From contig JANRJA010000134.1 in the NCBI GenBank assembly GCA_033764315.1, forward strand, positions 1 to 17,368: 17,368 nt of DNA, written 5' to 3'. Of the stretch, positions 8,999 to 16,731 are shown piece by piece. The notes under the pieces were generated by a model. It had not been told where the DNA came from, ran no database searches, and worked only from the letters and a program-made list of their open reading frames with translations. This DNA is from Oculatellaceae cyanobacterium bins.114 (GTDB lineage: Bacteria > Cyanobacteriota > Cyanobacteriia > Elainellales > Elainellaceae). The translations under genes were made by a program, and so were the position numbers. Position 1 is the stretch's first letter. Every line of letters begins with the position of its first letter.

Positions 8999-9478
8999 TC
9001 ATGTCGTTGCTTCAGGGTTGAGATTCATCATTTGTTGAGTAGCATAGGTACCAATCGGACTCCAAATCAGGTAAGGCAGCATGAAAGCCGCTGCCCCGTC
9101 TGAAATTGACCAAACCGTAAGAGTCGTCAATAATCCTAAGGCCACTCCAATCGCTCCTAAGAAAAAACCAACCTTTAAGTTGCGAGATCTCAGAGTAGCC
9201 GGAATATAAGCAACGGTAACAATCTCAGTGAGAAGATATAAACCCATTAAAATCCAGGTTTTCAAACTACCTGGATCTTGCTCCCAAACCAACGTTGCTG
9301 ATAGTGCCCCACTCAGAAAAACAATTGTCCAAATCACTGGGATAGCAGGTTCAAAAAATAACCATTTGGGGCGATCGAGTCGTTTCTCCCAGGGAATATC
9401 TCTAGGACGAATGAAAGCACTACCCAGGGCAATGAGTAAGGTAATGCCACCAATGATCATCCAGGATTTAATAACCAT
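8999..9478 (-). CDS. tspO: TspO/MBR tryptophan-rich sensory membrane protein
   Basis: 159 aa, five hydrophobic helices, Trp-rich; 'W..RL.RPKWL', 'IPVIWT' and 'MLPYLIW' signatures. Confidence 0.85.
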   Translation of the reverse strand: MVIKSWMIIGGITLLIALGSAFIRPRDIPWEKRLDRPKWLFFEPAIPVIWTIVFLSGALSATLVWEQDPGSLKTWILMGLYLLTEIVTVAYIPATLRSRNLKVGFFLGAIGVALGLLTTLTVWSISDGAAAFMLPYLIWSPIGTYATQQMMNLNPEATT

Positions 9479-9523
9479 CTTTTAATACATTCAGTTGATG
9501 ATTCAAAGTTCATTCAATGTTTC

Positions 9524-9616
9524 TATAGCAATCCCAAGTGGGTTGTGAGAGGTGTACCTCTCAGGGGTGTGCCCCTCACAACATGCCAATCTCACACATG
9601 ATTTAGGACTGCTATA
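9524..9616. mobile_element. MITE-like element, type 1, full length (93 bp)
   Basis: Termini TATAGCAATCCCAAGT ... ATTTAGGACTGCTATA; internal imperfect hairpin GTTGTGAGAGGTGTACC...GGTGTGCCCCTCACAAC. Confidence 0.75.
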
Positions 9617-9696
9617 GAAACTGAAACACTGGTTAAGATAGGGTGCGGAGTGAAGCCCACACACCCTTTGTATCAACTGTTTTGACAGTTGATATA
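9613..9696. mobile_element. MITE-like element, type 2, abutting the type 1 copy through a shared TATA
   Basis: Termini TATAGAAACTG ... CAGTTGATATA; internal hairpin AGGGTGCG...CACACCCT; right end matches 5679-5706. Confidence 0.5.
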
Positions 9697-9879
9697 CGCA
9701 CCAAGTTTCATTTTTATGATTTGTTTTTTATGGAGCATTGCAGTACTTCAATTCATCGCTTTAAGAGTTTCAATAGAAATTGTTAAAGCCTACTAAAGAG
9801 AAGTACTTAAAAGGGGTGAATGAGATAGGAAGCGGTTTGGTGCGTAGTTCATCATACCCAGAAGAAATCAGCCCTAAAC

Positions 9880-10404
9880 CTATTTCTTCTGTTCTTCCAT
9901 CGTGTGTTGAAGTTCTTGATGATGAGCAACACGAGATACGACGTTGTAAGCATCTGGCCCTGGAGTGACAATCTCCTCAGTCCCTTCAGTTGGCCCACCG
10001 ACCTCCTTCCAAGCAGAGAGGCCACCCTCTAACTCAGCCACATGGATGAAGCCTGCGCTCCGTAGTGCTGATGCGGCTTGAGCGGTTGCGTCATCCGTAT
10101 CGCCGTAAACATAGATATCTCGCTTAGCTTGAATGCTAGCTTGTGCTTGATTCACTAAACCTTCTAGGGGCATAGACATAGCACCCATGATGTGACCTTG
10201 ATTAAAAGCGGTGCGATCGCGCACATCAATGATTGTCAGGGCAGGCTCACCCCATTCAAGACGATTCTTTAGATCTCCAACATTAGATTTAGCATCTAAA
10301 GAAGGGGGCTTAGGAATAGGGCTAGTAACCGTTTCCTTGGCAGATACAACTGCACCTTCTACTTTGTCATCAACGGTCTTGTCCAAGTTTTCCATACTTT
10401 CCAT
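9880..10404 (-). CDS. Rhodanese-like domain protein lacking the catalytic Cys
   Basis: 174 aa with 'IIDVRD...FNQGHIMGA' and 'AELEGGLSAW'. The active-site loop reads YVYGDTDD and the protein contains no Cys. Confidence 0.88.
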   Translation of the reverse strand: MESMENLDKTVDDKVEGAVVSAKETVTSPIPKPPSLDAKSNVGDLKNRLEWGEPALTIIDVRDRTAFNQGHIMGAMSMPLEGLVNQAQASIQAKRDIYVYGDTDDATAQAASALRSAGFIHVAELEGGLSAWKEVGGPTEGTEEIVTPGPDAYNVVSRVAHHQELQHTMEEQKK

Positions 10405-10433
10405 ATAGGATTAAACTCCATTCCATCAATTGA

Positions 10434-10478
10434 AGAATATAGTAATTTGGAGTTTAGATTACTCTTTCCAGAGTTAGA
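10434..10478 (-). promoter_or_regulatory. Putative activator box TCTAACTCTGGAAAGA plus -10 TATTCT (23 nt) or TATATT (21 nt) for the rhodanese gene
   Basis: Box at 10478-10463 on the minus strand. Confidence 0.55.
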
Positions 10479-10580
10479 ATTTCACAAGTATCACTATTAA
10501 AATAGTGCCCTAAAAATTCTCCTTAAAAATACTTTAGCTACAATCATTTAACCTAATCATAATTAAGATTATCCCTAATA

Positions 10581-10672
10581 TATAGAAGCCCTCAATCAGT
10601 TGTGAGATGAGCGGGTTGTGCAAGGTGCATCTTAGAGGGCATAGCTCTCACAACTCATTCGGGATTCCTATA
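10581..10672. mobile_element. MITE-like element, type 1, diverged (92 bp)
   Basis: TATAGAAGCCCTCAATCAGTTGTGAGA ... CTCTCACAACTCATTCGGGATTCCTATA; same layout as 9524-9616 in the opposite orientation. Confidence 0.6.
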
Positions 10673-10747
10673 TTCCTACATATATTCCTGGAATTTGTAC
10701 AGCGTTAGCCGTGTGCTGTCGTTCTCTCTTACATAACAAAAACTTAC

Positions 10748-10825
10748 CCCTTCTCTTGACAGAGTTATGCGTCGTGAGATTTCCATCTCAAGAACGATTA
10801 ACTTCATCTTTTCTTATGTAACCGT
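10748..10825 (+). promoter_or_regulatory. Two putative activator boxes (10748-10763, 10782-10797) plus weak -10 AACCGT for the hemerythrin gene
   Basis: CCCTTCTCTTGACAGA; then TCCATCTCAAGAACGA, 22 nt, AACCGT (10820-10825). Confidence 0.45.
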
Positions 10826-10865
10826 TAAGGCTGTACACGCAGCAAAGTCTTAGGGAGAACACTAA

Positions 10866-11897
10866 ATGGTTGTGACATTAAATGACGCGAAGCGTGCTGC
10901 AATTGCTGAAAAATTGGCAAGCATGAAAGCTGTTCAAAATCTATTGATTGCAAATGAGCAGCAGTTCATCCAGGAATGCAGCGACAGCGATATCCGCGAT
11001 CGCCTTGAGGACATGTTAGAAGATGACCGGAAAAATCTGGGCGTCATTGACACTGTTATTACTCAATATGGCATTCAAGCAAAACCCAAGGAAACCGTTC
11101 AACAAATGATTGAACAGGTTATGGGCTTAATGAAAGGGTCTACTCTATCTTTCTACGAAAAGATGGTGCAGCACGAACTGCTCAAGCATGCTCAAGTCAT
11201 GTCTGGTCTGATCGTCCACAAATCTGCTCAAGTTGTGGGTGCTGATATCGAAGCAGCCATTACTCCACTCAACACCGTTAACTTTGAAAACCGGGCTCAC
11301 CAAGAGCAACTCAAAGGGGTTTTAGAAGTGCTTGGCACTCGTGAGTTAACGGGTCAAGAACCTGACCAAGGGGTATGGGGACGAGTTCAAGATGCAGTTG
11401 CCGCATTGACGGGTGTATTTGGCAGTGCTGTCACTCAGTCCTCTGATAAATCTGATATGAACGTTCAAGATGTTATCCGCATGGATCATCAAAAAGTGAA
11501 CGTCTTGTTTACAGAAATTGCTCAGAGTGATAACCCTCAGAAAATTCAAGAATACTTCGGACAGATTTACAAAGATTTGAGCGTTCATGCTCAAGCTGAA
11601 GAACAGGTTGTTTATCCGGCTGTGCGTTCGTTCTACGGCGAAGGCGACACTCAGGAATTATACGACGAGCAAGCTCAAATGAAAGTATTGCTTGAGGAAA
11701 TCAAAGCAACTAGTGCTGCGGCTCCTGAATTCAAAACTAAAGTTAATCAACTCAAAGACATCGTGATGGATCACGTTCGTCAAGAGGAAAGCACTATGTT
11801 TGCTGCGATTCGCAATAATTGCACTACCGAGCAGCAAGAACAGTTAGCAACTCGGTTTAAGGAAGCTAAAAAGCAATTGCAACTCAAGATGGCTTAA
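10866..11897 (+). CDS. Ferritin-like + hemerythrin (HHE) domain protein, cyanobacterial 'DNA nickase'-annotated type
   Basis: 343 aa with GGGAG RBS. C-terminal hemerythrin motifs 'IRMDHQKV..LF', 'HAQAEEQVVYP' and 'DHVRQEES.MF'. N-terminal helical domain with 'EDD..N', 'HELLKH' and 'ENRAHQEQL'. Confidence 0.88.
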   Translation: MVVTLNDAKRAAIAEKLASMKAVQNLLIANEQQFIQECSDSDIRDRLEDMLEDDRKNLGVIDTVITQYGIQAKPKETVQQMIEQVMGLMKGSTLSFYEKMVQHELLKHAQVMSGLIVHKSAQVVGADIEAAITPLNTVNFENRAHQEQLKGVLEVLGTRELTGQEPDQGVWGRVQDAVAALTGVFGSAVTQSSDKSDMNVQDVIRMDHQKVNVLFTEIAQSDNPQKIQEYFGQIYKDLSVHAQAEEQVVYPAVRSFYGEGDTQELYDEQAQMKVLLEEIKATSAAAPEFKTKVNQLKDIVMDHVRQEESTMFAAIRNNCTTEQQEQLATRFKEAKKQLQLKMA

Positions 11898-11950
11898 TTT
11901 GTCCAGCTTAATTTTCAGCAGCAAGCTGATACCTGAGTAACCACTCAACG

Positions 11951-11985
11951 ATGAGGTAGGGAAGCTAATCGCTTTCCTGCCTCAT
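11951..11985 (+). terminator. Stem-loop after the hemerythrin gene
   Basis: ATGAGGTAGGGAAGC-TAATC-GCTTTCCTGCCTCAT, a 15-bp stem with G-U pairs; no clear U-tract. Confidence 0.55.
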
Positions 11986-12196
11986 ACATGTAAAAGCAAA
12001 CTCTTAAAAAATTTGACAGTAATATTTGACAGCTGACTGACTGACGACAGTCTTAAAGCCCTTAATGTTCCGTGTCATGGCTGATCTCAGTCGCCAAGCA
12101 TCCAAGATTTGTCAGGCAGTCAGATTTGACAGTAACAGTAGTTGCAATTTGTCTTTTAACCCACAGATAAAGCAAGGTTGGTGAAGGAGCATCACA

Positions 12197-13057
12197 ATGA
12201 AAAAAGCTTGGAGGCTTTTGACGGAAACAATTGCAGAATGGAACAAAGATAAAGCATCTCAAATGGCAGCGGCTTTAGCGTACTATACGGTCTTTTCACT
12301 CGCGCCCTTGTTGATTATTGCCATTGCCGTTGCAGGTTTCTTTTTTGGAGAAGAAGCGGCCAGAGGTGAAATTGTTGGGCAAATTAAAGGCTTAGTTGGC
12401 ACAGATGGAGCCACAGTGATTCAAACCGCTTTAGAAAATTCCCATCGCCCAGGCTCTAATACTGATCTCATTGCCTCTTTAATCAGCATTGTTGTGCTTA
12501 TTTTCGGGGCATCTGGAGTGTTTGTCCAACTTCAGGAAGCCCTGAATGAAATTTGGGATGTTGATCCAAATGCTCAAAAAGGGGTGGGTAATGTCGTGCG
12601 AAAACGTGCCATGTCTTTTGCCGTTGTTCTTAGTATTGGTTTTTTATTATTAGTTTCTTTAGTGATCAGTGCTGCTTTATCAGCGATTAATACATTTGCT
12701 AGCGAATTATTACCAGGGTTTGGTTTTATATGGGAATGGGTTAATGTGCTTCTCTCTTTCGCGGTGACAACGTTGCTGTTTGCTCTGATCTACAAATATC
12801 TACCCGACATTGAGATCACTTGGCATGATGTTTGGATTGGAGCTATCTTAACGTCAATTTTGTTCTCGATTGGGCGTTATTTGATTGGGCTTTATTTAGG
12901 AAATAGCAGCTTTGGATCGACATACGGGGCAGCAGGTTCCCTAGTGATTCTCCTGGCCTGGATTTATTACTCCGTGCAGATTCTCTTTTTTGGAGCAGAG
13001 TTTACTCAGGTCTATGCACGTCGTTATGGCTCTCAAGTGAAACCATTAGCTGAGTAA
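12197..13057 (+). CDS. YihY / virulence factor BrkB family membrane protein
   Basis: 286 aa with AAGGAG RBS; signatures 'AAALAYYTVFSLAPLL', 'LQEALNEIW' and 'STYGAAGSLVILLAWIYYS'. Confidence 0.92.
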   Translation: MKKAWRLLTETIAEWNKDKASQMAAALAYYTVFSLAPLLIIAIAVAGFFFGEEAARGEIVGQIKGLVGTDGATVIQTALENSHRPGSNTDLIASLISIVVLIFGASGVFVQLQEALNEIWDVDPNAQKGVGNVVRKRAMSFAVVLSIGFLLLVSLVISAALSAINTFASELLPGFGFIWEWVNVLLSFAVTTLLFALIYKYLPDIEITWHDVWIGAILTSILFSIGRYLIGLYLGNSSFGSTYGAAGSLVILLAWIYYSVQILFFGAEFTQVYARRYGSQVKPLAE

Positions 13058-13106
13058 TCTCCATATACCACTATTGCCACACACCTTAACTTAAGGACGT
13101 CATTTC

Positions 13107-14387
13107 ATGTCCGTTAGTGTCTATATTCTCGATTTGCTAGTCATTGGGTCATTGTTATTGGCAATCACATTAGGCTCTGGATGGATTGCTCGATTGCCTT
13201 TATCCTACGCTTTAATCTATCTAGTTGTTGGCATTCTTTTAGGCCCTTACGGGGTTGACCTAATTCAAGTCAAACCAGAAACAGAATTTTTTGAACGATT
13301 AACTGAATTCGTCGTTATCATTTCGCTCTATAGTTGCGGATTGAAAATGAATCGTCCTTTAAAGGCTTGGATATGGGACTCAACAATTCGTTTAATCGGA
13401 TTTTTAATGCCATTTTCAATTCTTGCAACTTCATTAGTGGCTCATTTCTTTTTGGGATTAAGTTGGGGAGCCGCTATTTTATTAGGGGCTATTTTAGCTC
13501 CGACCGATCCAGTCCTTGCATCAGAAGTTCAACTTATACATGTAGACGATCGGGATGAATTGCGCTTTGGATTAACGTCAGAGGGTGGACTCAACGATGC
13601 ATTAGCCTTTCCGTTTGTTTACTTTGGGCTGTATTGGTTAGAGAACGATAATGTGGGGGAATGGTTTAAGAATTGGGTGGCAGTTGACTTAATTTGGGCG
13701 ATCGCAGCCGGGATCGGGGTTGGCTATGTAGTTGCTAAAGTGATTACTTGGCTCAATCAACGACTACCTAGAAAGGCTCCTGCAATTGAAGAAGGGATGG
13801 AAGATTTTCTAGCCCTGGCAACTATTCTGTTGAGTTATTCATTAACAGAAGTAGTGAACGGTTATGGATTTCTAGCAGTTTTTGTGACAGGTCTTACAAT
13901 ACGACGAAAATCATCTGATCCTAAACAACAAATTTCTCAAATCGATTTTATTGAACGCATTGAGAAATTATTAGAGGTAGGAACAATTTTATTAGTAGGC
14001 GCGTTACTCAGAATAGAACCTATTTTTGAACATATTGGAGGCACATTATTAATAGCAGGGACACTCATCTTTTTGATTCGTCCTATTGGTGCCTGGCTTA
14101 GTACTTTTTCAATTCACCGCAATAATTACTTACGTCCTGCAACACGCTTACTGTTTGGTTGGTTTGGCATTCGTGGAGTGGGATCCTTGTATTACTTATC
14201 CTATGCCTTTGGTTTCGGATTATCAGAAGAGTTAGCTGCCCAAATTGGTTGGATTACTTACTTAACAGTAATTATCTCTGTTGTTTTACATGGAGTAACG
14301 GCAACTCCTTTAATGAACTGGTATGAGCGACATATTAGTGAACGGCAAATCACAAAAATAGATGAGGTTGACAAGGAGGTAGAGTAA
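13107..14387 (+). CDS. CPA1-family (NhaP-type) cation:proton antiporter
   Basis: 426 aa, multi-pass membrane protein; signatures 'LAPTDPVLAS', 'SEGGLND' and 'GWFGIRG'. Confidence 0.92.
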   Translation: MSVSVYILDLLVIGSLLLAITLGSGWIARLPLSYALIYLVVGILLGPYGVDLIQVKPETEFFERLTEFVVIISLYSCGLKMNRPLKAWIWDSTIRLIGFLMPFSILATSLVAHFFLGLSWGAAILLGAILAPTDPVLASEVQLIHVDDRDELRFGLTSEGGLNDALAFPFVYFGLYWLENDNVGEWFKNWVAVDLIWAIAAGIGVGYVVAKVITWLNQRLPRKAPAIEEGMEDFLALATILLSYSLTEVVNGYGFLAVFVTGLTIRRKSSDPKQQISQIDFIERIEKLLEVGTILLVGALLRIEPIFEHIGGTLLIAGTLIFLIRPIGAWLSTFSIHRNNYLRPATRLLFGWFGIRGVGSLYYLSYAFGFGLSEELAAQIGWITYLTVIISVVLHGVTATPLMNWYERHISERQITKIDEVDKEVE

Positions 14388-14446
14388 GCCAATTATGGTT
14401 TCTTAACCTATACAGTTGATTTAATTGGCTCATTTTATAAGAAAGT

Positions 14447-14491
14447 TCTAGCAAAAGAAAGAAGAAATCATGTCTTGAGCTTAAGTACCGT
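14447..14491 (+). promoter_or_regulatory. Putative activator box TCTAGCAAAAGAAAGA plus -10 TACCGT (23-nt spacer)
   Basis: Box at 14447-14462, -10 at 14486-14491, upstream of the 14638 gene. Confidence 0.55.
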
Positions 14492-14514
14492 TAACTGTAG
14501 CAATAGTTATATCG

Positions 14515-14600
14515 TCGGTAGTCCTAAACAAGTAAGGATACGCCACGCGGTGCACGACATATCCTTGCTCAAAAATCATTGTTTTTAGAGGACTACTATA
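14515..14600. mobile_element. MITE-like element, type 3
   Basis: GGTAGTCCTAAACAAGTAAGGATA...ATATCCTTGCTCAAAAATCATTGTTTTTAGAGGACTACTATA; homologous to 15767-15840 and, inverted, to 16612-16652. Confidence 0.7.
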
Positions 14601-14637
14601 TCGGTTAACACAGGACTCGAAAAGGGGGGGGAATTAC

Positions 14638-15057
14638 ATGGAGATTAAAGTGAAACAAGTTTTTGAGAAGCTGCTTAAGGATAGTTTAGAGATAGTCGCT
14701 CTTGTCTTTTTGGCGATCGCACTTGTGATTGCTCCTGTTTTCTATCAACCTGCAGTGTGGCAGGCAAATGCAGGAACAACGATGCAGCAAGAAGATACCA
14801 AACCCGTAAGTCGATATGCCTTTGAGCGAGTTCAGGGGCACGCTGAAGAGCCAACAGAAAATGTTGATGGTCCAGCTGAAATCAAAAGTGTTCGAGAACT
14901 GCGAGAAAAGATCACCGCTCCTGTTTACTCAAAAACAAAAGGACAAGGTGCAAGCGATAACTCAGGGCAATTGGATAACGATATTCCAAGCTATGAGTCA
15001 CAAGCCAGACAACGAGTTAAGCAAACCGTTGAAAACTTATCTAACAAAAATGAGTAG
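14638..15057 (+). CDS. Hypothetical exported or membrane-anchored protein with a hydrophilic C-terminus
   Basis: 139 aa; one hydrophobic segment ending near 'QANA', then a charged low-complexity tail. G-rich RBS upstream. Confidence 0.65.
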   Translation: MEIKVKQVFEKLLKDSLEIVALVFLAIALVIAPVFYQPAVWQANAGTTMQQEDTKPVSRYAFERVQGHAEEPTENVDGPAEIKSVRELREKITAPVYSKTKGQGASDNSGQLDNDIPSYESQARQRVKQTVENLSNKNE

Positions 15058-15290
15058 CATTGCCTTGAATCTACAGAGCCTTACTCATTCTCCTTAATTG
15101 ATTAACTAATCTTTTCACCTATTTCCTACCTTCCAGGACATGAATAGATTAGTATTTAACCCATTTCGATGGACTTTTGCGATTAGCTTCGAGTTAATTT
15201 TGGGGCAAGTGAGCAACGAAGCAATCACCCTTTAAAGCGTTTTTCAGTCAATCAACTTATTGCCTTTAATTGATACGTAGATCTTGAATT

Positions 15291-15689
15291 ATGAATAAAC
15301 TTGAAAAGCTCGCGACTCTGAAGCGCATCCGAACATTAAGCCGATTGATGGATAATTCTATTCGTATTCCTGGAATTGGGTTTCGGATTGGCTTAGATCC
15401 AATCATCGGTTTAATTCCAGGCGCAGGTGACATAATCTCCACAGCTTTTTCAGCTTACATTTTGTTTCTAGCAGCACGCTTCAAATTGCCGTCCCACTTA
15501 TGGCAAAAAATGATTTTCAATATTGCTCTAGAGGCCGTTGTAGGAACCCTTCCGTTGATTGGTGATTTATTTGATGCTGCCTATAAATCTAACATTAGAA
15601 ACCTCACACTTTTAGAAGCACATCTCGAAGAGTCAGATGATGACTTAGATCAATCTGAGTTGCAATCTTTACATGAAATTCGCTCTTAA
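15291..15689 (+). CDS. DUF4112 domain protein
   Basis: 132 aa with 'LMDNSIRIPG..FRIGLDPIIGLIPGAGD' and 'PLIGDLFD..YKSN.RN' signatures. Confidence 0.9.
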   Translation: MNKLEKLATLKRIRTLSRLMDNSIRIPGIGFRIGLDPIIGLIPGAGDIISTAFSAYILFLAARFKLPSHLWQKMIFNIALEAVVGTLPLIGDLFDAAYKSNIRNLTLLEAHLEESDDDLDQSELQSLHEIRS

Positions 15690-15766
15690 TTTGATCCTAC
15701 GTTTGATCTTATAAGAGTGTTTAAATGTCCTCAGGTGAAAAGACTTAATCCTGTAGCCATTCAATC

Positions 15767-15919
15767 AATGGTAGTTCTAAATAAGTAAGGATATGTCGCG
15801 CTCCGCGCGACATATCCTTACTCAAAAATCATTACTTTTATGTATGAAATGTAGGGGTCATCTTTAAAGATGCACCCCTCACAACTCTCTCATCTCATAA
15901 ACGCTTTAGAACTGCTATG
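15767..15919. mobile_element. Chimeric MITE-like element: type 3 left part fused to type 1 right part
   Basis: 15767-15840 matches type 3 and holds a perfect 18-bp stem, AGTAAGGATATGTCGCGC-TCC-GCGCGACATATCCTTACT. 15841-15919 ends like type 1 (CCCCTCACAAC...TTTAGAACTGCTAT). It lies between convergent genes and may also act as a terminator. Confidence 0.65.
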
Positions 15920-15953
15920 AAAAAGAGATTTCAAAAGTGATGCGATCGCCACT

Positions 15954-16208
15954 TTAACTAGCGTGCATACTACCCAAGGGGCTAGTATCTACCGCATCAT
16001 CTCTATCATCGTTTTTGTGTAACCATTCACCATCGCGTCCCTGACTATATTCAGCTCTAACACTGTTCCAGGCAACTTGAGTAGCACCATCCTGACTTAA
16101 TCCATCTGACTCAGCACTATTAAAAGCAGCTAGGAAAATCTGCTGTGCCCCCTGAGGTAAATGTTCCTTGATATCTTGAGGTAAGTTATCAAGAGCTTGA
16201 TATGGCAT
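15954..16208 (-). CDS. chaB: ChaB family protein
   Basis: 84 aa with GGAGG RBS; ChaB signature 'MPY.....LP..IK.HLP.GAQ.IF.AAFNSA......A..VAW..V...Y'. Confidence 0.92.
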   Translation of the reverse strand: MPYQALDNLPQDIKEHLPQGAQQIFLAAFNSAESDGLSQDGATQVAWNSVRAEYSQGRDGEWLHKNDDRDDAVDTSPLGSMHAS

Positions 16209-16254
16209 AAACGTCCTCCAAAAATGGATTTCTTATTCAAAGATTATGGAAATT

Positions 16255-16298
16255 ATCTTAAAAGGATTCATCTAATGGCACCTCTTTCTATTGACAGA
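16255..16298 (-). promoter_or_regulatory. Putative activator box TCTGTCAATAGAAAGA plus -10 TAAGAT (22-nt spacer) for chaB
   Basis: Box 16298-16283 and -10 16260-16255 on the minus strand. Confidence 0.6.
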
Positions 16299-16379
16299 AT
16301 CTATCTCAAATTAATTCGGATTTTTAGATTTTCTTAAGAAGAAGTAAGTTTACTTTAACTGAGCTCAAATAACACTCAA

Positions 16380-16553
16380 TTAGAAGGAATTTGAGAGTCT
16401 AGAAGCAGTCAAAAAAGCCTCTGGAATATCAGTCGATTCTGAAGAAAAGCTTAAGTTGGGCATCTCTTGATGGCAAGAGGAACAAAACCAATAAACTTCT
16501 TGAAATCGAATATGACGTAGTAATTGATCTGAGCAACAAGGACATTCATTCAT
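16380..16553 (-). CDS. Small zinc-ribbon-like protein (CPCC...WFCxxC), 57 aa
   Basis: ATG at 16553 gives MNECPCCSDQLLRHIRFQEVYWFCSSCHQEMP, a pattern I recall from a recurrent small cyanobacterial family. The track's upstream start at 16580 is probably too long. Confidence 0.75.
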   Translation of the reverse strand: MNECPCCSDQLLRHIRFQEVYWFCSSCHQEMPNLSFSSESTDIPEAFLTASRLSNSF

Positions 16554-16611
16554 AGCAAACTCGACTTTGTCTTTATTCAAAATTCAATAAGACCTTACTG
16601 CATTACCAAAA

Positions 16612-16674
16612 GTGGTAGTCCTCTAAAAGTAATGATTTTTGAGTAAGGATATACCTTTAAATTGAATTGCTTTA
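16612..16674. mobile_element. Truncated type 3 MITE-like copy, inverted
   Basis: GGTAGTCCTCTAAAAGTAATGATTTTTGAGTAAGGATAT is the reverse complement of the right parts of 14515-14600 and 15767-15840. The internal hairpin is deleted and the far terminus is degenerate. Confidence 0.65.
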
Positions 16675-16731
16675 CATGCTGCCTTACATAAGTAGGAGAC
16701 GTAGAAGAACCTCAATAAACTCAATTCAGAA

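Larger units (their letters stand above)
221..15949. repeat. HIP1 octamer GCGATCGC, dispersed (19 copies counted)
   Basis: Copies at about 221, 303, 940, 1437, 2015, 2209, 2699, 3144, 3257, 3576, 3707, 4685, 6737, 8679, 10213, 10996, 13698, 14713 and 15942. HIP1 over-representation is a hallmark of many cyanobacterial genomes. Confidence 0.9.

Noticed and set aside
1..14387. Apparent GC difference between the GH31 gene (richer) and the antiporter region (poorer) as evidence of horizontal transfer
   Set aside because: Not quantified; HIP1 sites occur throughout and no integrase, tRNA or flanking direct repeats are seen.
2794..15097. Other short overlapping ORFs (2794-2988, 5153-5350, 7185-7475, 8021-8269, 8497-8718, 9228-9485, 9780-9968, 10211-10408, 11346-11594, 12062-12262, 13334-13558, 14816-15097)
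   Set aside because: Each overlaps a well-supported gene in another frame or strand and has no independent support.
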